DNA from: the human T2T-CHM13v2.0 reference genome, Homo sapiens
Assembly (NCBI RefSeq): GCF_009914755.1
Contig: NC_060926.1
Length of the DNA stretch: 64,000 nt
Direction: 5' to 3' (one strand)
Part shown: positions 57,354 to 64,000 of the stretch, piece by piece
Numbering within the stretch: the stretch's first letter is position 1
Layout: each line of letters begins with the position of its first letter
Notes under the pieces: generated by a model
What the model was told of the DNA's origin: nothing
Databases searched by the model: none
What the model saw: only the letters and a program-made list of their open reading frames with translations
Program-made: the position numbers and the translations under genes

Positions 57354-58160
57354 AAACAACACATGAAAAAATGCTCAATGTCACTAATCATCAGAGAAAT
57401 GCAAATTAAAACCACAATGAGATATCATCTTACTCCAGTCAGAATGGCTATTACTGAACAGTCAAAAAACAATAGATATTGGTGTGGATGTAGAGAAAAG
57501 GGAACATTTATACACTGTTGGTGGGAATGTAAATTAGTTCAATCTCTATGGAAAACAGTATGGAAATTTTTCAAATAACTAAAAATAGAACTACCATTTG
57601 ACCCAGCAATCCTATTAATCCTATGCCTGGGTATCTACCCAAAGGAAAAGAAATCATTACATAAAAAAGACATCTGCACTTGTATATTCGTCACACAGCA
57701 ATATTCACAATAGCAAAGTCATGGAACCAACCTATGTGTCCATCAACGGTTGACTGGATGAAGAAAATGTGGTATATATACACCATGGGATACTATGCAG
57801 CCATAAAAAGGAATGACATCATGTCCTTTGCAGCAACATGGATGGAGCTGGAGGCCATTATGTTAAGTGAACTAACTCAGAAACAGAAAATCAAATACTT
57901 CATGTTCTCACTTAAAAGTGAGAGTGAACTAGTGGGTACACAGGGACAAAAAGATGGAAATAATAGACACTAGACACTGGGGACTCCAAAAGTGGGGAGG
58001 GTTGAGGAGGTGAGGGTTAAAAAATTACTTATTGGGTACAATGTTCGCTGTTTGGGTGATGAGTATACTAGAGGCCCAATCCCACCATGACACAATATAA
58101 CCATGTAACAAACATGCACATGGGCTCCTGAATCTAAATATAACACAATTTTTTCAAAAA
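57354..58160 (+). mobile_element. 5'-truncated L1 (L1PB/L1PA15-16-like): ORF2 C-terminus and 3'UTR
   Basis: ORFs [29 protein letters not shown] and AIFTIAKSWNQPMCPS...; 3'UTR ends CATGTAACAAACATGCACATGGGCTCCTGAATCTAAA. Confidence 0.9.
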
Positions 58161-58507
58161 GTGGAAAATTTGAAAATTTGAACATTGAAATCCTAGGTCA
58201 TTCTTTTGTGAGGAAATATTGTACCTATGTGCTTTGGGGATTTGACATTAGTTATTTGGTTGACCCTAGGAAAGGAAGTAAACTGAATCCTCTTAAATGA
58301 GATTGTTTTTATGATTAAATTTTTTGGTATTCTTTGTGTAAAACTGATTTAAAAGATTCTATCTTTTCTGATTATTTTTCCCTCTATAAGGAAGTACATA
58401 TATTTCAATGTTATCAATTCCTGTAACTATTTATTAACATTTCCTTATGTGTTTTCTCCAGATGTTGGAAGTGAAAAAAAAAAGGCCTTGTTAAAAAGAA
58501 GAAGAAG

Positions 58508-58510
58508 AAA

Positions 58511-58553
<43 letters not shown>

Positions 58554-58555
58554 AT
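58508..58555. repeat. (AAAT)n STR
   Basis: About 12 perfect units, preceded by (GAA)n. Confidence 0.95.
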
Positions 58556-60092
58556 CTTGGGCTGAGAAAATCTGCAAATAAGCACATAATTGGCTCTGAG
58601 TTTCTTGGGGATGAAGACAAAGAGGGAAACACACTGATTACATATTTTTCAGTGTCTTAGAAAATGAAACACTCCAGTCCATCATGAAACAATTGTTTTC
58701 TGGCTCTCCTGTCTGTGAGCAACTTCTCAAGTGGGTGGATTTAGTAAGTAGCACGCCGGACAGTGTCCCCCCAGTCTCACAAGAATGGCCCAAAAGTTCT
58801 ACTCGTGACTGTTTCTTATGAAGCTGAGCCATGCTGCGAAGTTTTTCTTCTGTGATGAAGGGAATACAGGTTGGGTCCAAGCTTTCTAGAGACTCATCTT
58901 GACACAGGGCTAAAACTCAGGGAACTTCAAGAAACAGGGTCCTTGGCAAATGACATTTGTCTCAGCTGGAGTTTTGAAATGAGCTATATTCAGACAGTTC
59001 ATAAGTTGAGTCTCTAACATGTAGCTGAAGGTCAGATAACCAATATTGTAACTGAAGGGAAAGCCACATGCTCCCATTGCCAGATACGTAAGCAGCAGAG
59101 CACCCTTTCGTGAACACTGAGGCGTCTGCATTGCACTCTCACCAGAGGGGAGGCTGCCCCCTCCACTCTGGAATTGGCCATAGACACACGAAAATACTTT
59201 GGTCATATAGATTTCTTATTTTTCAGATTTGGCTTTTTCCACTGGAACATTTGAAAGTCAATTTTACATCAGAGTGGATCCACATTGAATATCCCTGGAG
59301 GTTATTTCCAACCTTTCCATCATTATTTAAAGTGTATCTTTCCAAAAATTATCTTTAGTCTAATTAATATTAGCTTTTCCAATAAGTGGTTTCATTTATT
59401 ATACTCCAATAGTGCTTTTTCTCTATATTATACGCTATATTATACAAAAAATTATCTATGCTCTTGTTGTTTAAAATTATACAAATGGTACATCAAGAGA
59501 ATATTCAACATGATGTATTTTGAAGAGATGATTGGTGATGAGCAATGTTTTGTGCCTTGTAGGGGTTATTGTGGCTTTATCTGATTCACGTGACTTCTAA
59601 CTATTATCTTGTTTCTCTCCTGGATCAGATACGTACGTATACAGGATCCACTAAGATTGCTGTTGTGAAAATGTATTCTGGGTATGTGGCCACAGTGTGA
59701 GTTGTAGGATAGAGCAACCGGTGGAACAAGATAACTGCTTCCCCCTGAAACAGCCCTGTTTAGGAATGTTGTCCAGATTGTAGGGAACTCAAACAATCCC
59801 TTTAAGTAGAAAGTAAATAGATTAGGAAAACAGCCACAAGGTTTGACACACCATCAGTGACTTTTTTCCCCTTTCCCTTTTCTTTTCATGGTGTAAGAGA
59901 ACAGACAGCATGCATTGCAAGATCTGCCTTGTCTTGCTGCCACCCTGGACTGCCTCACATGTAAGTTCCCCCTGAATAAATCTTTGACGACCTCCCAGAC
60001 CGGAGTGGTCTACGTCTTTCTTTGGTCTGAGCTTGCTCTCTGCTTAAAGAGGGCAGTTTTCTGTTCTGGCAGGGAGTTTTCCCAACAATTAC

Positions 60093-60307
60093 ATTTTCCA
60101 ATATGAGAGTGATTACCCACATGTGGCTATCGAAATTCAAATTGATTAAAATAAAAAAATCCATTCTACTAAGATTCAGTTGCACTAGCCACATAAAGTG
60201 CTCAATAGTTCCCCATGGCTAGTGCTAGAGTACTGGATACAGCGGAGAGAGAGAGGGGAGAGATTTCCATTTTCGTCATCATGGGAAATTCTACTGGACA
60301 GCACTGC
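60093..60307 (-). mobile_element. MER3 hAT-Charlie element
   Basis: CCACATGTGGCTAT...CAGTTGCACTAGCCACAT..AGTGCTCAATAG...TTCTACTGGACAGCACTG. Confidence 0.75.
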
Positions 60308-61103
60308 TCCAAGAAATAAAATCGATGCTCTATTGCCATAAGAAATAATATCTATAAAGTCATAGCTATGCAGATTAGTGGAACTGATGACAATTAGAAT
60401 ATACCTGAGACTCAAAGAGAAAGGATTCTGGTCTAACAAGAAAACAAAAAATGGTTAAAATGGTAGTTCATTTGGAGGTAGAGGTAGAAGTAATGTGTGT
60501 TAATTACAAGGACTGTAACCATCAGGATCAAGGTCCAGGAGAAGGACAATCATCTGACCAAATTGCAGTGGGGCAGGAAGTGCCTGCAAGCGGGTATTTG
60601 GTGCGGGTTTTCTACTTATTGCACCAAAAAGTGTTCTGTGGTCTGTATACTCAGGAAAGTATGGGTTTAACAGAGCCAGAAGGGTTTCTTTACTTTCAGT
60701 CTTTAGTATCTTGAGAGCCCTACTATTTATCCAGGGTTTCCCAGTCCTTTTTGAATTTGGGGTCCTTTTCTAATGTGAATCATGTTCTGGGGAAACCCTT
60801 TGGTTTAGGACGTGGCTGAGGGCAGCCTCCTCTTTCAATCTCCCCTCGTACCACACTGACTCACCTTATCCCTGTCCATCCCCAAACATCTATGTAACTT
60901 ACAACACGATAGGGACTCCATGGCACTCTGCCCGTCAAGGAGATTTCCTTATTTTGAAATGTGCTCGCCTATCTGCTCATGACATGGCTGTGATCTTGCC
61001 TTCTGCCAATATTTCATGTTCTGGTGAACACATTTGCTCACAAATGGGGTCAGTGCTGCACCTATTTCCAAAGTGTCATGGAAGCATTTCAAGCTGGATG
61101 TCA

Positions 61104-61424
<321 letters not shown>

Positions 61425-61794
61425 AAAATCAAGTTTTATATTGAGGAGGAAAAATATGGTGGAGTGGAGAGAGCTTAATGATAAGCAGGTAATTAAGGAT
61501 CGTTAGAAGTCCTGTAAAATCTTCAAGGGTATCGTAAAGTAGCCTGGGAGGAATGATCAAGTACATGAATAGTGGCTGGAGATGCCCATGGCCTGAGCAC
61601 GCAGTGACTTCTAAGGGTTTGAAGAGAACAAAAGAGCGGTTGCTGATGTATAATTCCAGAACTCATCTTCACAGGGAATATGCAATACTGCCCACAATCC
61701 CTAACGGTGCTGGTTTACTTACAGTTCCCACTTCCAGGAATGCATCTCCTGGGCTAAGTGTGGGACAAGTAGAACTCGTGGGATATACTTGCTC

Positions 61795-62371
<577 letters not shown>

Positions 62372-63220
62372 TCGTTCAACTTTTAGAGTGATACCGTCTA
62401 ACTTCCTTCATAGCATGGAGGTGCATTTTAACAAACTATTTGAACTGGATTATGGTGGGCATAGTGAGAAAGAAGATTTGCCTGAGAAGAGGTAGCTGGG
62501 AAAAGCAAAGATGTTGCGTCTTTGAAGTATTTATCTTTTTTCTAAGCACGTGGGATGGTTGATGGCAGCAGAATGACCCCGAGGAGACAGAGATGGGGAA
62601 ATGTTTGGTATTTATTTTATCGTATCTCAACTCTCCTCTGGAATATCTGCATTTGAATGTCTCTGTGATGCCTGAAACTTCACACTTAGAAAACCAGGCT
62701 CATTGTACTGGAAATGCTCGATTCTCCACTTCTCCACACTTCCAGAAAATTTCTATACTAACTCAACCTTTGACACCTTCCAAATTCTCCAACTCATCTG
62801 TCATTTTGTCAATTCCTTTATCATTAATAAAATGAAAAAATGTTTCTTCTTTACCATTTCCATGTTATCAACTTAGCCCAGGTCCGATCAGAGGTATATC
62901 AGTCTGTTTTTGAACACAAGATAAAAAGACAAAAGCACCATTTTATGTGCTGATGGCAGGAATTTATTGTATCGCAGAACTGGCTTCTAGAAGCTGCTTA
63001 TACTCTTGGTTCCTTCCTAGAAGAACAGCGTGTTATCAGTTACCTCAAAGTCAAAATCATCTATTTAGCATTCAGATAGTGAATGCCAACAATTCTACTT
63101 CATAAAGTGAAATGATCTACTTCACTTATTCAAATGATCGGGAGGTTGGTTTGTAATACCTTATTGTACTAAACCCTCCCAAATGAAGTCTAGCTCAAAG
63201 TTACATGTTTTACAAATGTA

Positions 63221-63483
63221 GGGCCGAGGCAGGCGGATCACTTGAGGTCAGGAGTTCGATACCAGCGTGGCCAATACGGTGAAACTCCGTCTCTACTAAA
63301 AATACAAAAAAAATTAACTGGATATAGTAGCATGTGCCTGTAATCCCAGCTACTTAGAAGGCTGAGGCAGGAGGATGCCTTGAGCCCAGGAGTTAGAGGT
63401 TACAGTGAGCTAGGATCGTGCCACTGCACTCCAGCCTGAAGACAGAGCAAGACCCTGTCTCAGAAAAAAAAAAAAAAAAAAAA
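63221..63483 (+). mobile_element. 5'-truncated Alu, S-type left arm with J-type right arm
   Basis: Starts at GGCCGAGGCAGGCGGATCAC and ends GACCCTGTCTCAG plus poly(A). Confidence 0.9.
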
Positions 63484-64000
63484 GCAAATTTTTTTATGTT
63501 AAATGGCTTTGGCTTATGAACAGCTTCAAAAAAAATCTAATTTTCAAAAATGGTTGATTTAATTCCTCAATTCCCTGGGGATTTAGGGCTTACAACTCCC
63601 CTCCAAGGCAGGTGGTAATTTTAAAGCAATGAAGTCAGGTCCCCTGGTATAGGTTTATCCTTTAGCTGCCCCTAGGAACACCATGACAACAAATCATGCC
63701 TCGCTAGCCCTGCAGGTAGGACCGTTGGTGGTTATTAATTTTATGAGAGCTCCTAGGTTGTTTACTATTATAGTTAGTGGGCACCCAGCTGTGCCGGGTC
63801 AACTCTGGGCAGTAAAACAAAAATACCTCTCCCTAATCCTGTGTTTTGGTAGCTCAGGACAGTTTCACTCGCAGCCCCTCATATAATGTGTGGCACAAAG
63901 ACTGAATCACTCTAGTGAACCCTGAAAGGCAATTGATACTTTAGGCAATTATAATATAATAGAATTTTATAACTGGATAAGAACGCAGAGGTTATCTATT

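Noticed and set aside
63022-63036. Androgen-response-element-like AGAACAgcgTGTTAT (MBOAT2 is reported to be AR-regulated)
   Set aside because: Mismatch at an invariant C, and such near-matches are common. I could not pick out a convincing ARE by eye.

Overview
Primate (most likely human, chr2p25) genomic DNA. The window holds the CpG-island promoter and first coding exon of MBOAT2 on the minus strand (ATG at 37387, MATTSTTGSTLLQPLSNAVQLPIDQ, phase-0 donor at 37312). About 37 kb of intron 1 lies to its left (exon 2 is outside the window) and about 26 kb of upstream intergenic DNA to its right. The rest is mostly interspersed repeats (L1, Alu, MIR, L2, MaLR/ERVL LTRs, Tigger3, MER3/33), a processed HMGB1 pseudogene and a decayed U13 snoRNA copy. 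Nearly all ORF-track entries are repeat-derived or GC-rich chance ORFs. Best observations: (1) the 5.6-kb L1PA element has its 5'UTR intron removed exactly at the known L1 97/622 splice sites, i.e. a spliced integrated retroelement, and carries a short candidate 3' transduction; (2) an open-frame 108-nt candidate MBOAT2 cassette exon from an antisense MLT1J LTR, plus candidate poison exons; (3) stacked insertions at one endonuclease site, with an Alu-L1PB chimera and an L1 with a ~400-bp TSD-bracketed 3' transduction; (4) a 66-nt fold-back hairpin at an MLT2 LTR end. I cannot support a wholly new biological system here; these are unusual instances of known mechanisms. Repeat subfamily names come from recalled consensus sequences and boundaries of old repeats are approximate.
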